From NCBI GenBank assembly GCA_965232515.1, contig CBDDPY010000002.1, positions 6,304,001 through 6,368,000 of the forward strand: DNA of 64,000 bases, in the 5' to 3' direction. The notes below the pieces were generated by a model. The model did not search any database. It saw only the letters and a list, made by a program, of their open reading frames with translations, and was not told the origin of the DNA. The translations under genes and the position numbers were made by a program. Numbering within the stretch: position 1 is the stretch's first letter; each line of letters starts with the position of its first letter. Below, piece after piece: positions 41,740-53,696 of this stretch. This stretch comes from Alphaproteobacteria bacterium. Its GTDB lineage: Bacteria; Pseudomonadota; Alphaproteobacteria; GCA-2731375.

Positions 41740-42689
41740 GTATGACCTTACGCCGTTCCTCCGGGACGCCTTCGTCGCAGATGCCGGTTGATGTCCTGAC
41801 CCACGGCATGCAGGTCTCGTTCGAATTCTTTCCGCCGAAGAACGCCGATGCCGAGGCGTCGCTTTGGCGCGCGGTGCAACGGCTTGCGCCACTGTCGCCG
41901 CGTTTCGTTTCGGTGACCTACGGCGCCGGCGGCTCGACCCGAGAGCGGACCCATGCGACGGTCAAGCGCATCGGCGCGGAGACCGCGCTGACGCCGGCCG
42001 CCCACCTGACCTGCGTCGGCGCCAGCCGGGACGAGATCGACGCGGTGGCGCGCGACTACTGGTCGGCCGGGATCCGGCACATCGTCGCCCTGCGTGGCGA
42101 TCCGCCCGACGGCGAAAGCACCTATCGTCCGCACCCCGACGGCTACGCCAATGCGGCGGAGCTGGTCACGGGCCTGAAGCGGGTCGCGGACTTCGAGATC
42201 AGCATCGCCGCCTACCCGGAAATCCACCCGGATTCGACCGGCAGCCAGGCCGACCTCGACAACCTGAAGCGCAAGCTCGACAACGGCGCGGCGCGCGCGA
42301 TCACGCAATACTTTTTCGATCCGGAGGTGTTCCTGCGTTTCGTCGACCGGGCGCGGGCCGCGGGTATCTGGGCGCCGATCGTGCCTGGCATCCTGCCGGT
42401 AACGAATTTCGCCACCGTGGTGCGCTTTTCCGAGATGTGCGGCGCTTCGGTGCCGGCTTGGCTCGCCCACATGTTCGAAGGTCTCGACGACGACCCGGAG
42501 ACACGCAAACTGGTCGCGGCGACGGTGGCCGCCGAGCAGTGCCGCAGCCTGCAAACGGCCGGCGTGAACGAGTTCCATTTTTATACGCTGAACCGCGCCG
42601 ACCTGACGCGGGCGATCTGTCACATCCTGGGCATGCGCCCTCAGGCAGACACGGCCGATCGGGCCGCGCCCGACGGTCTCGTCGCCTGA
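41736..42689 (+). CDS. metF: 5,10-methylenetetrahydrofolate reductase
   Basis: SFEFFPPK, SVTYGAGGST, AHLTC, ALRGD, FHFYTLN. Confidence 0.97.
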   Translation: MSMTLRRSSGTPSSQMPVDVLTHGMQVSFEFFPPKNADAEASLWRAVQRLAPLSPRFVSVTYGAGGSTRERTHATVKRIGAETALTPAAHLTCVGASRDEIDAVARDYWSAGIRHIVALRGDPPDGESTYRPHPDGYANAAELVTGLKRVADFEISIAAYPEIHPDSTGSQADLDNLKRKLDNGAARAITQYFFDPEVFLRFVDRARAAGIWAPIVPGILPVTNFATVVRFSEMCGASVPAWLAHMFEGLDDDPETRKLVAATVAAEQCRSLQTAGVNEFHFYTLNRADLTRAICHILGMRPQADTADRAAPDGLVA

Positions 42690-42716
42690 CCGAGACCTGT
42701 CTGGAACGACCTTGAT

Positions 42717-45700
42717 ATGAGTGATTTGCTGCAAGATCTTCGTGAACGGGTGCTGTTGTGCGACGGCGGCATGGGCAGCCGCGTACAGGCCACCGATCTC
42801 GATGTGGACAATGATTTTCTAGGTAACGAGAACTGCACGGAAATCCTGAATCTCAGCCGGCCCGATCTCGTCCGCGATATCCACCTCGGCTATCTCCAGG
42901 TCGGCGCCGACATTCTCGAGACCAACAGTTTCGGCGGTTCCTCGATCACGCTCGGCGAGTTCGGCCTGCAGGAAGATGCCTTCGAGCTGAACAAGCGCGC
43001 GGCCGAACTGGCCCGCGAAGCCATTGCCGAGTTCGCCCATGACGGCCGGCGGCGCTTCGTCCTGGGCGCGATCGGTCCCGGCACCAAGCTGCCGAGTCTT
43101 GGGCAGGTCGACTACGACAGCCTGGAAGCCGCGCTGAAGCAGCAGGCGTCCGCCTTGATTGTCGGCGGCGTCGACGCCTTCATGATCGAGACGGTCCAGG
43201 ACACGCTGCAGATGAAGGCGGCGGTCAACGGCGCCAAGCTGGCGATTGCCGAGGCCGACCGCACACTGCCGATCCTGGTTCAGGTCACGGTCGAGACCAC
43301 GGGCACGCTGCTGGTCGGCGCCGACATCGCGGCCGCGGCGACCGTCGCGCACGCCTTGTCGGTCGACAGCCTGGGCCTGAACTGCGCCACCGGCCCGCAG
43401 GAGATGGCCGAGCATGTGAAGTGGGTCAGCGAGAACTGGCCGGGCATCACCTCGGTGATGCCGAACGCCGGCCTGCCGGAGTTGGTGAACGGCGAGCCGA
43501 GCTATCCGCTGACGCCCGACGAGCTGGCGAAATGGCTCGAGCGGTTCGTGCGCGAGGACGGCGTGAATCTCATCGGCGGCTGCTGCGGTACGACGAACGC
43601 ACATATCGCCGCGCTGGACGAGATGCTGCGGCGGGTGGGCGACGGCGACAGGCCGATACCGGTCCGGCGCACGCACCATTGGGTGCCCGGCGTCGCGTCG
43701 CTCTACGGCCATGTACCCTATCGGCAAGAGAACGCTTACCTGTCGATCGGCGAACGCTGCAACGCCAACGGCTCGAAGAAGTTCCGTGAGCTGCAGGCGG
43801 CCGAGGACTGGGAAGGCTGCGTCGCCATCGGCCGCGAGCAGGTCAAGGAAGGCAGCCACACGCTCGACGTCTGCACGGCCTATGTCGGCCGCGACGAGAT
43901 CGCCGACATGACGGCCGTGGTCGGCCGTTTGCGCGGCGCGGCCAACGCGCCGCTGGTGATCGACTCGACCGAATACCCGGTGCTGGAAGCCGCCATGAAG
44001 CTCTATGGCGGCAAGCCGATTATCAACTCGATCAACTTTGAGGACGGCGAGGAGCCGCCGGCCAAGCGTCTGGAACTGGCCCGCAAGTTCGGCGCCGGCG
44101 TCATCGCGCTGACCATCGACGAAGACGGTATGGCCAAGGACGTCGATGGCAAAGTGCGCATCGCGCAGCGGCTCTACGACTTCGCCGTCAACAAATACGG
44201 CCTGCCGCCGCAGGACCTGCTGTTTGATCCGCTCACCTTCACGATCTGCACCGGCAACGACGACGACCGCAAGCTCGGCCTGAACACGCTCGACGCCATC
44301 GAGCGCATCGCCGAGGAGCTGCCGGACTGCCAGATCATCCTGGGCCTGTCGAATATCTCCTTCGGCCTGAACGCGGCGGCCCGGCACGTACTGAATTCCG
44401 TGTTCCTCGACCATGCGCTCAAGCGCGGCATGACGGGCGCGATCCTGCACGTAAGCAAGATCATGCCGCTGCACGCCATTCCCGAAGAAGAAGTGCGGAT
44501 CGCCGAGGACCTGATCTTCGACCGCCGGTCCGACGGTTACGATCCGCTGCATGCCTTTATCGAGCTGTTCCAGGACCGGACCGCGGCGAAGACCGAAAAG
44601 GTCCGGCCCGAGACGGTCGAGGAGCGCCTGAAGCTGCGCATCATCGATGGCGACCGGCAGGATCTGGAGGCCGATCTCGACGAGGCCATGCAGATGCATC
44701 CGCCGCTCGACATCATCAACACCTTCCTGCTGGACGGTATGAAGGTGGTCGGCGAACTGTTCGGCGCCGGCAAGATGCAGTTGCCCTTCGTGCTGCAGTC
44801 GGCCGAGACCATGAAGGCTGCGGTCGCCTACCTTGAACCGCACATGGACCGGATCGAGGGGCAGGAGAAGGGCATCATCGTGCTGGCCACGGTGAAGGGC
44901 GATGTGCATGACATCGGCAAGAACCTGGTCGACATCATCCTCACCAACAACGGCTACAAGTGCGTCAATCTCGGCATCAAGCAGCCGATCTCGAACATCC
45001 TCACCGCCGCCAAGGAACACAAGGCCGACGCCGTCGGAATGTCGGGCCTGCTGGTCAAATCGACGGTGATCATGCGCGAAAATCTCGAGGAGATGACGCG
45101 CGAAGGTCTCGATATCCCGGTCATGCTGGGCGGCGCTGCGCTCACCCGGCGCTATGTCGAGGAAGACTGCCGTGCCGCCTATGCCTCGGGCGAGGTAGCC
45201 TATGCGCGCGACGCCTTCGACGGCCTGGAAATGATGTCGCAGATCGTCGACGGCACGTTCGCCGAGACACTGTCCAAGCAACAGAAGAAGCGCAACGGCC
45301 GGCCGGTGAACGGGCGGCGCAAGCTCGGTGAGCCGACCCTGCTGCCGCGGCCGGTCGATGCCGAGGAAATCCGCATCAAGCGCGAGGAGCTGGCGAACGG
45401 CGTCGACGTGCCGCGGCCGCCGTTCCTGGGCGACCGGCTGATCGACCGTGTCGAGCCGCGGGCGCTGCTGCCGTTCCTTAACGAGCGCATGCTTTACCAG
45501 TTCCATTGGGGCTACCGGAAGCAAGGCCGCCGCCTGGACGAGTACATGGAATGGTCGCGCAAGGAGCTGCGGCCGATCATGAACGACCTGGTCAGCCGCT
45601 GCGAGGACGAGGACATCCTGCATCCGCAGGCAGTCTACGGCTATTTCCTGGCCGCCGGCGACGGCAACGATCTGGTGCTGTTCGCCGAGGATGGCGAGAC

Positions 45701-46199
45701 TGAGCTGGCGCGGTTCGCGCTGCCGCGGCAGGACCGGGCGGGCGGCGTCTGCATCGCCGACTTCTTCCGCGATGTCTCGGCCGGCGAGCGCGACGTGATC
45801 GCGCTGCAGGCGGTGACCGTCGGCCAGCATGCCTCCGAAGTGGCCCGCGAGTGGTTCGAGCAGGACCGCTATCAGGACTATCTCTACCTGCACGGTCTCG
45901 GCGTCGAGATGGCCGAGGCCCTGGCCGAATACGTGCACAAGCGGATCCGCGGCGAACTTGGCTTCGCGCAGGACGACAGCCGTGACAAGGAGGCCCTGTT
46001 CAGCCAGGGCTATCGCGGCTCACGCTACTCCTTCGGCTATCCGGCCTGCCCCAATCTGGCCGACCAGCGCGTCCTGCTCGACCTGCTGAAGGCGGACCGG
46101 GTCGGGCTCGACATGGCCGACGAAGACCAGCTTCACCCCGAGCAGTCGACCAGCGCCATCGTCGTGCACCACCCGCAGGCGAAGTACTTCAGCGTCTAA
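42717..46199 (+). CDS. metH: Cobalamin-dependent methionine synthase
   Basis: DGGMG, LNCATG and GGCCGT Zn ligands, pterin domain IGERCNANGSK, B12 motif GDVHDIGKN, RYSFGYPACP. Confidence 0.97.
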   Translation: MSDLLQDLRERVLLCDGGMGSRVQATDLDVDNDFLGNENCTEILNLSRPDLVRDIHLGYLQVGADILETNSFGGSSITLGEFGLQEDAFELNKRAAELAREAIAEFAHDGRRRFVLGAIGPGTKLPSLGQVDYDSLEAALKQQASALIVGGVDAFMIETVQDTLQMKAAVNGAKLAIAEADRTLPILVQVTVETTGTLLVGADIAAAATVAHALSVDSLGLNCATGPQEMAEHVKWVSENWPGITSVMPNAGLPELVNGEPSYPLTPDELAKWLERFVREDGVNLIGGCCGTTNAHIAALDEMLRRVGDGDRPIPVRRTHHWVPGVASLYGHVPYRQENAYLSIGERCNANGSKKFRELQAAEDWEGCVAIGREQVKEGSHTLDVCTAYVGRDEIADMTAVVGRLRGAANAPLVIDSTEYPVLEAAMKLYGGKPIINSINFEDGEEPPAKRLELARKFGAGVIALTIDEDGMAKDVDGKVRIAQRLYDFAVNKYGLPPQDLLFDPLTFTICTGNDDDRKLGLNTLDAIERIAEELPDCQIILGLSNISFGLNAAARHVLNSVFLDHALKRGMTGAILHVSKIMPLHAIPEEEVRIAEDLIFDRRSDGYDPLHAFIELFQDRTAAKTEKVRPETVEERLKLRIIDGDRQDLEADLDEAMQMHPPLDIINTFLLDGMKVVGELFGAGKMQLPFVLQSAETMKAAVAYLEPHMDRIEGQEKGIIVLATVKGDVHDIGKNLVDIILTNNGYKCVNLGIKQPISNILTAAKEHKADAVGMSGLLVKSTVIMRENLEEMTREGLDIPVMLGGAALTRRYVEEDCRAAYASGEVAYARDAFDGLEMMSQIVDGTFAETLSKQQKKRNGRPVNGRRKLGEPTLLPRPVDAEEIRIKREELANGVDVPRPPFLGDRLIDRVEPRALLPFLNERMLYQFHWGYRKQGRRLDEYMEWSRKELRPIMNDLVSRCEDEDILHPQAVYGYFLAAGDGNDLVLFAEDGETELARFALPRQDRAGGVCIADFFRDVSAGERDVIALQAVTVGQHASEVAREWFEQDRYQDYLYLHGLGVEMAEALAEYVHKRIRGELGFAQDDSRDKEALFSQGYRGSRYSFGYPACPNLADQRVLLDLLKADRVGLDMADEDQLHPEQSTSAIVVHHPQAKYFSV

Positions 46200-46214
46200 A
46201 CGTCAGTCGTTTGC

Positions 46215-46901
46215 CTACCAGGCGATCTCGCTGCCGTCGTAGTTCAGGAATTGCCCGTTGTTGGCCGGCGCCAGGCCGGCGATAACGCCGCGCATGCCGG
46301 TGACGCTGTCGTTTGGCGTCACGGGCGCGGCCGACCCGCCCATGTCTGTCTGCACATGGCCAGGATGGAACACGACAGTGACGACGCCGCGGTCGGCGAG
46401 CTCGTTGGACAGGCATGCCATCACCATGTTCACGGCCGCCTTGGACGAGCGGTAGACGATCGACCTGTCCTTGGCGTTGGCGATCGAGCCCATGCGGCTC
46501 GAGATGGTGATCAGCTTCTTCTCGCCGGCGAGCTGTCCAACGAACGCGTCGGCGACCCGCATGGGTCCAAAGACGTTGGTGTTCATGGTCGCCGCCCAGG
46601 CGTCATAGTCCATGTCGCCCAGACCGTCGCCGCGCGCGCCGATGATGCCGGCATTGTTAATCAGCACATCGAAGGTTTCGCTCGCCAGTTCCGCGTGCAA
46701 AGCGGCCACGGACGCGCCGTCGTCGACGTCCAGAGTGTGAACGGTCACGCGGCCCTCCGAGGCGGCGGCCAGCGCGTTGAGCTCCTCGGCCGCGGCCGGA
46801 TTCCGGCAACAGGCGAAGACGCGCCAGCCGTCGGCGGCGTACTGCCGGACGAATTCGCGGCCGATACCGCGGCTGGCGCCTGTGATGAAGATGTTTGGCA
46901 T
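46215..46901 (-). CDS. Short-chain dehydrogenase/reductase (CsgA-like)
   Basis: TGASRGIG, NNAG, SSRMGS, YRSSK, HPGHVQTDMGG. Confidence 0.92.
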   Translation of the reverse strand: MPNIFITGASRGIGREFVRQYAADGWRVFACCRNPAAAEELNALAAASEGRVTVHTLDVDDGASVAALHAELASETFDVLINNAGIIGARGDGLGDMDYDAWAATMNTNVFGPMRVADAFVGQLAGEKKLITISSRMGSIANAKDRSIVYRSSKAAVNMVMACLSNELADRGVVTVVFHPGHVQTDMGGSAAPVTPNDSVTGMRGVIAGLAPANNGQFLNYDGSEIAW

Positions 46902-46959
46902 GGCGCGGTTATGCCTTATGCGCGCCACGGCGTAAACGCCCGATCTGGGCGTTGCGCGT

Positions 46960-47886
46960 CTAAATGACCCGGCGATAGATCGGCAACGCGATCAGCGGCA
47001 GCATGTACATCGGCAACTGCGCGATGGCGAAGTAGATCACCAGATCCATCGGCGCCGTGTCGACCAATGTCGCCAGCAAGATGCCCATGTTGCAGTTGCC
47101 GGCCATCAGGCCGATGGTCAGCGCGGGACGGCGGCCGATCTTCCAGAACGCGACCGCGCCGAACGCTTGCAGGGCGCCGTTGGCGACGAAGGCCAGCGTC
47201 ACGGTCAACAGCACGTAGCCTGGCTGCGCGATGGCGAACTCGGTGACGCCGGCCATGATCGCGGTCGCGAAATAGACCAGACCGATCACGGCCAGGCCGT
47301 CGATGCGCCGCGCGTTGCGCACCAGGAACGCTTCGGACACCAGCCACTTGCGGATCACGAAGGCGATCGCGAAGGCGATGCCGATCACCAGACCCAGCCG
47401 CAGCATGAGTTCGCCAACGCCGATATCGAGCTCCATGCCCAGGAGCCAGAGCGCCATCACGGGCAGCGTGAAGGGCACGATCGCGTGGGTCGCCACGACG
47501 ACGAAGATGGCAAGCGCCGCGTCCAGGCCCAGCAGCAACGCGAAGGCCGCGGCGGACATGATCGGTGGCGCCGCGGCCATCAGCACGACGGCGGCATGCA
47601 GGCCGAGCGGCAGGCCGAACGGCTGCATGATCAGCGAGACGGCGACAGGGCAGATCAAGAGCAGGAAGACGATGTTGGCGCCGATCAGATAGGGCCGGTT
47701 CAGATAGGAACGCACCTCGGTCAGGTCGAGCCGCAGCAGCGCCACGACCAGGTTCACCACGACGAAGGTCGTCAATCCCGGCCGCAGCAAATCCGCGAGC
47801 GGCGGTATGGCAAGGCCAAGAAAAACCGCGCCGGCCAACAGTTTCGTGGCATGGCGCGCCAGCCACTCGAGGAACGCTCCGATCAC
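46960..47886 (-). CDS. Bile acid:sodium symporter-like membrane transporter
   Basis: About 10 TM; AAAPPIMSAAAFALLLGLD and GNCNMG cross-over motifs. Confidence 0.75.
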   Translation of the reverse strand: MIGAFLEWLARHATKLLAGAVFLGLAIPPLADLLRPGLTTFVVVNLVVALLRLDLTEVRSYLNRPYLIGANIVFLLLICPVAVSLIMQPFGLPLGLHAAVVLMAAAPPIMSAAAFALLLGLDAALAIFVVVATHAIVPFTLPVMALWLLGMELDIGVGELMLRLGLVIGIAFAIAFVIRKWLVSEAFLVRNARRIDGLAVIGLVYFATAIMAGVTEFAIAQPGYVLLTVTLAFVANGALQAFGAVAFWKIGRRPALTIGLMAGNCNMGILLATLVDTAPMDLVIYFAIAQLPMYMLPLIALPIYRRVI

Positions 47887-47953
47887 GTTTCCATCCGCCG
47901 GCGCGCATCGAGACGCCGTTTGTTATCGGCCCCGTGCGGGCCTGTTGTATCGC

Positions 47954-50900
47954 CTACTCGGCCGCGACTCGGGCCCCGACCGGCTCGCCGTAGCCGCCGC
48001 CCCCGGGCGTCTCGATCACGAAGGTGTCTCCCGCCGCCATCTCGACCTGATCGCAGCCCGACAACTCCTCGACGCCGCCGTCGGCACGCTCGACGGCGTT
48101 GCGCCCGCACTTGCCCGGCCCGCCGCCGTTCAGCCCGAAGGGCGCGATGCGGCGGTGGCTCGACAGGATTGCCGCCGTCATCGGCTCCAGGAACCTGACC
48201 CGTCGGACAATGCCGTCGCCGCCATGCCAGCGGCCAGGGCCGCCCGAGCCGTGACGGACGGCAAAGCTCTCGAGCAGCACCGGGAACCGCCATTCCAGCA
48301 CTTCCGGATCGGTCAGGCGGGTGTTGGTCATGTGCGTGTGCACGGCGCTGGCGCCGTTGAAGCCGTCGCCGGCCCCGGCGCCGCCACAGATGGTCTCGTA
48401 GTACTGGTACGTGTCGTTGCCGAAGGTGAAGTTGTTGTTGGTGCCCTGGGCGGCGCCGACCGCGGCGAACGCGCCGAACAGCGTATCGGTGATGCACTGT
48501 GAGGTCTCGACGTTGCCGGCGACGACGGCGGCGGGGTACTGCGGCCGCAGCATACAGCCCTCGGGCAGGATCACATCAATCGGCTTCAAGCAGCCGGCGT
48601 TCAACGGGATGTCGTCGTCCACGAGGCAGCGCAGCACGTAGAGGATGGCCGCCATGCACACGGCGGTCGGCGCGTTGTAATTCGTCTCGCGCTGCGGCGA
48701 CGTGCCACTGAAATCGAGCGTCGCGCGCCGGTTTTCCGGATCGAGCCGTACTTCCACCTTGATTACCGCGCCGTCGTCCATTTCGTAGGCGAACCGGCCG
48801 GGCTTCAGGCGGTGCAGCAGCCGGCGCACGCTCTCCTCGGCATTGTCGCGGACATAGGCCATGTAGGCCTGGACCACGTCGATACCGAAATGCGCGACCA
48901 TCTTGTTCAGCTCGTCGACGCCCTTGGCGTTGGCTGCGATCTGGGCCTTGAAGTCGGCGATGTTCACGCGCGGGCTGCGGGCCGGGTAGGGGCAGTCGGT
49001 GAGCAACCGCATGGTCTCGGCTTCCAGGAAGCGTCCCTGGTCGACCAGCTGGAAGTTGTCGATCAGCACGCCTTCCTCGTCGACCGTCCGGCTCCACGGC
49101 GGCATCGAGCCCGGCGTGATGCCGCCGATGTCGGCGTGATGGCCGCGCGAGGCGACGAAGAAGCGCAGTTCCTTGCCCGTCTCGTCGAACACCGGCGTGA
49201 TCACGGTGACATCCGGCAGATGCGTGCCGCCGTTGTAGGGCGCATTCAGCATATAGACGTCGCCCGGCCGCATCTCGCCGGCGCGCTGGCGTGCGATCGA
49301 CTCGACGCTCTCGCTCATCGAGCCGAGATGCACCGGGATATGCGGCGCGTTGGCGACCAGTTGCCCATCGTGATCGAACAGCGCGCAGGAGAAGTCCAGG
49401 CGCTCCTTGATGTTCACCGACGACGCCGTGTTCTCCAGCGCGACGCCCATCTGCTCGGCGATCGACATGAACAGATTGTTGAAGATCTCCAGCATCACCG
49501 GATCGACGTCGGTGCCGACGGCGACCCGGCGTGGCAGCGCCACCACCCGGGTCAGAACGAGATCGCCGCGGCCGGTCAGCACGGCCTGCCAGCCGGGCTC
49601 GACGATCGTCGTGCCCGTGCTCTCGACGATGACCGCCGGGCCATCGATGCGGTTGCCGGACGTCAATCGGTCGCGGTCGTACACCGGCGCCTGCCGCGTC
49701 TCGCCATCGAGATAGGCCGCGACCTGGGCGATCGGCGCCGCCTCGGCATTCGCCGCATCGTCCCGGCTGGTCTCCAGCGCGTCGTCGATCGACTCGCCGC
49801 CACCGACGACCTCGACCGAGACCGCTTCGACGATGTGCGCCTTGCTGTCGTCGGTGAAGCCGAACTGCTGCCGATGGGCCGCATCGAAGGCGGCGCGGAT
49901 CTCGGCGAGCGCGCCGTAAGGCACGACAAGTGCCGTGTCCGATCCTTCGTAGCGCAGATGCACACGCCGAAGGACATCGATGTCTTCGGCCGCGACGCCC
50001 TGGCCTTCCACCTCCGCCCGACCGTCGGCGGCGAGCGAGTCGAGCGTTGCCGACAGCTCGGTCACCAGCCCGTCGTCGAGCACCGCTTCGACGGCGCGTT
50101 CGCGCATCGCCGTGATGTCGGCGAGGCCCATGCCATAGGCCGACAGCACACCGGCATAGGGGTGGATCAGTACCTGCTTCATGCCCAGCGAATCCGCCAC
50201 CAGACACGCATGCTGGCCGCCGGCGCCGCCGAAGCAGGTCAGGACGTATTCGGTGACGTCATAGCCGCGTTCGATCGAGATCTTCTTGATGGCGTTCGCC
50301 ATGTTCTGCACGGCGATCTTCAGGAAGCCGTCGGCGATTTCCTCAACGGTCTTGGTCTCGCCCGTCGCTTGGGCGACCTCGGCCGCGAGGTCCGCGAACT
50401 TCTCGGCGACGACGGCGGCGTCCAGAGCCTCGTCGCCGTTCGGCCCGAACACCTTGGGAAAGAAATCGGGGTTCAGCTTGCCCAGCATGACGTTGCAGTC
50501 GGTGACCGTCAGTGGGCCGCCGCGGCGATAGCAGGCCGGGCCGGGATTGGCGCCGGCGCTGTCCGGGCCGACCCGGAACCGGCTGCCGTCGAAGTGCAGG
50601 ATCGAGCCGCCGCCGGCTGCCACCGTATGGATGTCCATCATCGGCGCCCGCATGCGCACGCCGGCGACCTCGGTCTCGAAGGCCCGTTCGAAGACGCCGG
50701 CATAGTGCGAGACGTCGGTCGACGTGCCGCCCATATCGAAGCCGATGATTTTGTCGAAACCCGCCGCCGAGGTTGTGCGCACGGCGCCGACCACGCCGCC
50801 GGCCGGGCCAGAGAGAATGCAGTCGCGGCCCTGAAACAGTCGGGCGTCGGTCAGGCCGCCCGACGATTGCATGAACATCAGGCGCGTACCGCCAAGCTCG

Positions 50901-51610
50901 GCCGCGACCTGATCGACGTAACGCCGCAGGATCGGCGACAGGTAGGCGTCGACCACGGTCGTGTCGCCGCGGCTCACCAGCTTCATCAGCGGACTGGTCT
51001 CGTGGCTGGTCGACACCTGCGTGAAGCCGATCTCACGCGCCAGCTCGGCGATGCGGGTCTCGTGTGCCGTGTGCCGGTAGCCGTGGATGAAGACGATGGC
51101 GCAGCCGCGGATACCGTCATCGAACGCCGCCTGCAGGTCGCGTCGCGCCCCCTCGACATCGAGCGGCGTGATCTCGTTGCCGTGCGCGTCGATCCGCCCG
51201 GCGACCTCGATCACCTGCTCGTACAATAGTTCCGGCAGCTCGATGTTGAGCGCGAACAGCTTGGGCCGGTTCTGATAGCCGATCCGCAGCGCGTCCCGGA
51301 AACCGCTGGTCGTGACCAGCAGCGTGCGCTCGCCCTTGCGCTCCAGCAGCGCGTTGGTGCCGACCGTGGTGCCCATCTTCACGCTGGCGATACGTTCGGT
51401 GGGGATCGCCGCGTCACGCGAGATCTGCATCAGGTCACGGATGCCCTGCAGCGCCGCGTCGGCATAGTGCTCCGGGTTCTCCGACAACAGCTTGTGGGTG
51501 GTGTGGCTGCCGTCCGGTCGCCGGGCGACGATATCCGTGAAGGTGCCGCCACGGTCGACCCAGAACTGCCAGCGGCTATCCGCCGCCGATTCCACCACTG
51601 TTTCAGCCAT
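47954..51610 (-). CDS. 5-oxoprolinase / fused hydantoinase A+B
   Basis: [61 protein letters not shown]. Confidence 0.95.
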   Translation of the reverse strand: MAETVVESAADSRWQFWVDRGGTFTDIVARRPDGSHTTHKLLSENPEHYADAALQGIRDLMQISRDAAIPTERIASVKMGTTVGTNALLERKGERTLLVTTSGFRDALRIGYQNRPKLFALNIELPELLYEQVIEVAGRIDAHGNEITPLDVEGARRDLQAAFDDGIRGCAIVFIHGYRHTAHETRIAELAREIGFTQVSTSHETSPLMKLVSRGDTTVVDAYLSPILRRYVDQVAAELGGTRLMFMQSSGGLTDARLFQGRDCILSGPAGGVVGAVRTTSAAGFDKIIGFDMGGTSTDVSHYAGVFERAFETEVAGVRMRAPMMDIHTVAAGGGSILHFDGSRFRVGPDSAGANPGPACYRRGGPLTVTDCNVMLGKLNPDFFPKVFGPNGDEALDAAVVAEKFADLAAEVAQATGETKTVEEIADGFLKIAVQNMANAIKKISIERGYDVTEYVLTCFGGAGGQHACLVADSLGMKQVLIHPYAGVLSAYGMGLADITAMRERAVEAVLDDGLVTELSATLDSLAADGRAEVEGQGVAAEDIDVLRRVHLRYEGSDTALVVPYGALAEIRAAFDAAHRQQFGFTDDSKAHIVEAVSVEVVGGGESIDDALETSRDDAANAEAAPIAQVAAYLDGETRQAPVYDRDRLTSGNRIDGPAVIVESTGTTIVEPGWQAVLTGRGDLVLTRVVALPRRVAVGTDVDPVMLEIFNNLFMSIAEQMGVALENTASSVNIKERLDFSCALFDHDGQLVANAPHIPVHLGSMSESVESIARQRAGEMRPGDVYMLNAPYNGGTHLPDVTVITPVFDETGKELRFFVASRGHHADIGGITPGSMPPWSRTVDEEGVLIDNFQLVDQGRFLEAETMRLLTDCPYPARSPRVNIADFKAQIAANAKGVDELNKMVAHFGIDVVQAYMAYVRDNAEESVRRLLHRLKPGRFAYEMDDGAVIKVEVRLDPENRRATLDFSGTSPQRETNYNAPTAVCMAAILYVLRCLVDDDIPLNAGCLKPIDVILPEGCMLRPQYPAAVVAGNVETSQCITDTLFGAFAAVGAAQGTNNNFTFGNDTYQYYETICGGAGAGDGFNGASAVHTHMTNTRLTDPEVLEWRFPVLLESFAVRHGSGGPGRWHGGDGIVRRVRFLEPMTAAILSSHRRIAPFGLNGGGPGKCGRNAVERADGGVEELSGCDQVEMAAGDTFVIETPGGGGYGEPVGARVAAE

Positions 51611-51790
51611 ACGCCGGGCTCCCAACCAAATTCGCCCGCAGTATACGCAGAATGCGATGCGCGGGAAGGTGCCTGCACGGCCACATTGCTGCCGCATTCC
51701 ATCGCGACGTTCGCCCGCGTTCCGCGCCGTCTGGCATGGCGGCGGCGCTGGCGGTATTGTCCTGGCCATGACCGATCGACGAACAGCGCG

Positions 51791-52519
51791 ATGAGCATTT
51801 GGGGGAAGATAATCGGTGGTGCGGCCGGCTTCGCGCTGGGCGGGCCGTTGGGCGGCCTGCTGGGCGGCCTGGCGGGCCATGCGGTCGATCGCCTGTCCGG
51901 TCCGGGCGAGGAAGGAGCCGACGGCACCAAGCAGATCGCCTTCACCATTGGCGTGATCGTGCTGGGCGCCAAGATGGCCAAGGCCGACGGGGTCGTCACC
52001 CGCGACGAGATCCAGGCCTTTCGCGAGGTCTTCTCGGTGCCGCAGGACGAGATGGAAAATGTCGGCCGCGTGTTCAATCTGGCGCGCCGTGACGCCAGCG
52101 GCTTCGAGCCCTATGCCCGGCAGATCGCACGCCTGTTCCAGGAGAACAAGCAACCGCTGGAAGATCTGCTGCACGGCCTGTTCCACATCGCCAAGGCCGA
52201 TAACGTGGTGCATCCGGCCGAGCTCGAGTTCCTGAAATCGGTGGCGGAGATCTTCGGCTTCAGCGAGGCGGATTTCGCGCGCATCCGCACCTATCACATG
52301 CCGCCCGACGCGCAGGACCCGTACATCATCCTCGACGTCGCGCACGATGCCAGCGACGACGACGTCAAGCGGGCCTACCGGCGGCAGGTGCGGGAGAACC
52401 ATCCCGACAAGCTGATCGCCGAGGGGTTGCCGCAGGAATTCGTCGACGTGGCGAACGAGAAGGTCGCGGCCATCAACGAAGCCTACGAGTCCATCGCCAA
52501 ACAGCGCGGTCTGAATTGA
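51791..52519 (+). CDS. djlA: DjlA-type co-chaperone (TerB + DnaJ domain)
   Basis: MSIWGKIIGG TM, AKMAKADG, J-domain HPD. Confidence 0.9.
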   Translation: MSIWGKIIGGAAGFALGGPLGGLLGGLAGHAVDRLSGPGEEGADGTKQIAFTIGVIVLGAKMAKADGVVTRDEIQAFREVFSVPQDEMENVGRVFNLARRDASGFEPYARQIARLFQENKQPLEDLLHGLFHIAKADNVVHPAELEFLKSVAEIFGFSEADFARIRTYHMPPDAQDPYIILDVAHDASDDDVKRAYRRQVRENHPDKLIAEGLPQEFVDVANEKVAAINEAYESIAKQRGLN

Positions 52520-52529
52520 CGGGGCTGAC

Positions 52530-53276
52530 GTGAGCGGCGGCATCATCGACCGGCCTTCGCCCAATCACAACGAGCGGCCGGCCGACGCCGCCATCGACAT
52601 TCTCCTGCTGCATTACACCGGCATGCCGACCGCGGCGGGCGCGCTGGACCGGCTCTGCGATCCGGCGGCCAAGGTCAGCGCCCACTATCTGATCGACGAG
52701 GACGGCACGACCTACGCGCTCGTCGATGAAGACCGGCGCGCCTGGCATGCCGGCGTCAGCTATTGGCAGGGGGAGCGGGACATCAATGGCCGGTCGGTCG
52801 GCATCGAGCTGGTCAATCCCGGCCACGAGTTCGGTTACCGACCGTTTCCCGAGCCGCAGATCCGGGCGCTGATCGGGCTTTGCCACGACATTCTGGCGCG
52901 GCATGCAATCCCGGCCGCGCGGGTGCTGGGTCATTCCGACGTCGCGCCGGCGCGCAAGGAGGATCCCGGCGAGCTGTTCGACTGGCCAAGGCTGGCAGCC
53001 GAAGGCATCGGCCTCTGGCCAACAGACGCACCATCGGTCTCGGCACGGCAGACAGTGGCGCCGGGGGCGGCGGGACCGGCTGTGCAGGAATTGCAACGGA
53101 CGCTTGCGGCATACGGTTACGAGGCCGCGGGCGATGGGCTCTACGACACCGGCCTCGCCTTCATCGTCAAAGCTTTCCAGCGACATTGGCGGCCAAAGGG
53201 TGTTGACGGGGTCGCCGACGGCGAGACCCAGGCCATCCTCCACCACCTGCTTGACCGGGTCGGAGATGCGGCTTAG
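52530..53276 (+). CDS. N-acetylmuramoyl-L-alanine amidase (Amidase_2 + PG-binding, AmiD-like)
   Basis: LHYTG, VSAHY, AWHAG, SVGIE, GHSDVAPARKEDPG, AFQRHW. Confidence 0.93.
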   Translation: MSGGIIDRPSPNHNERPADAAIDILLLHYTGMPTAAGALDRLCDPAAKVSAHYLIDEDGTTYALVDEDRRAWHAGVSYWQGERDINGRSVGIELVNPGHEFGYRPFPEPQIRALIGLCHDILARHAIPAARVLGHSDVAPARKEDPGELFDWPRLAAEGIGLWPTDAPSVSARQTVAPGAAGPAVQELQRTLAAYGYEAAGDGLYDTGLAFIVKAFQRHWRPKGVDGVADGETQAILHHLLDRVGDAA

Positions 53277-53286
53277 CTAATACCTA

Positions 53287-53680
<394 letters not shown>

Positions 53681-53696
53681 CGCCCGCCTCGCCGCC

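Noticed and set aside
51611-52564. Apparent 1536-aa oxoprolinase with a long N-terminal extension
   Set aside because: The extension is the antisense of djlA; homology begins at MAETVV...WQFWVDRGG (51610).
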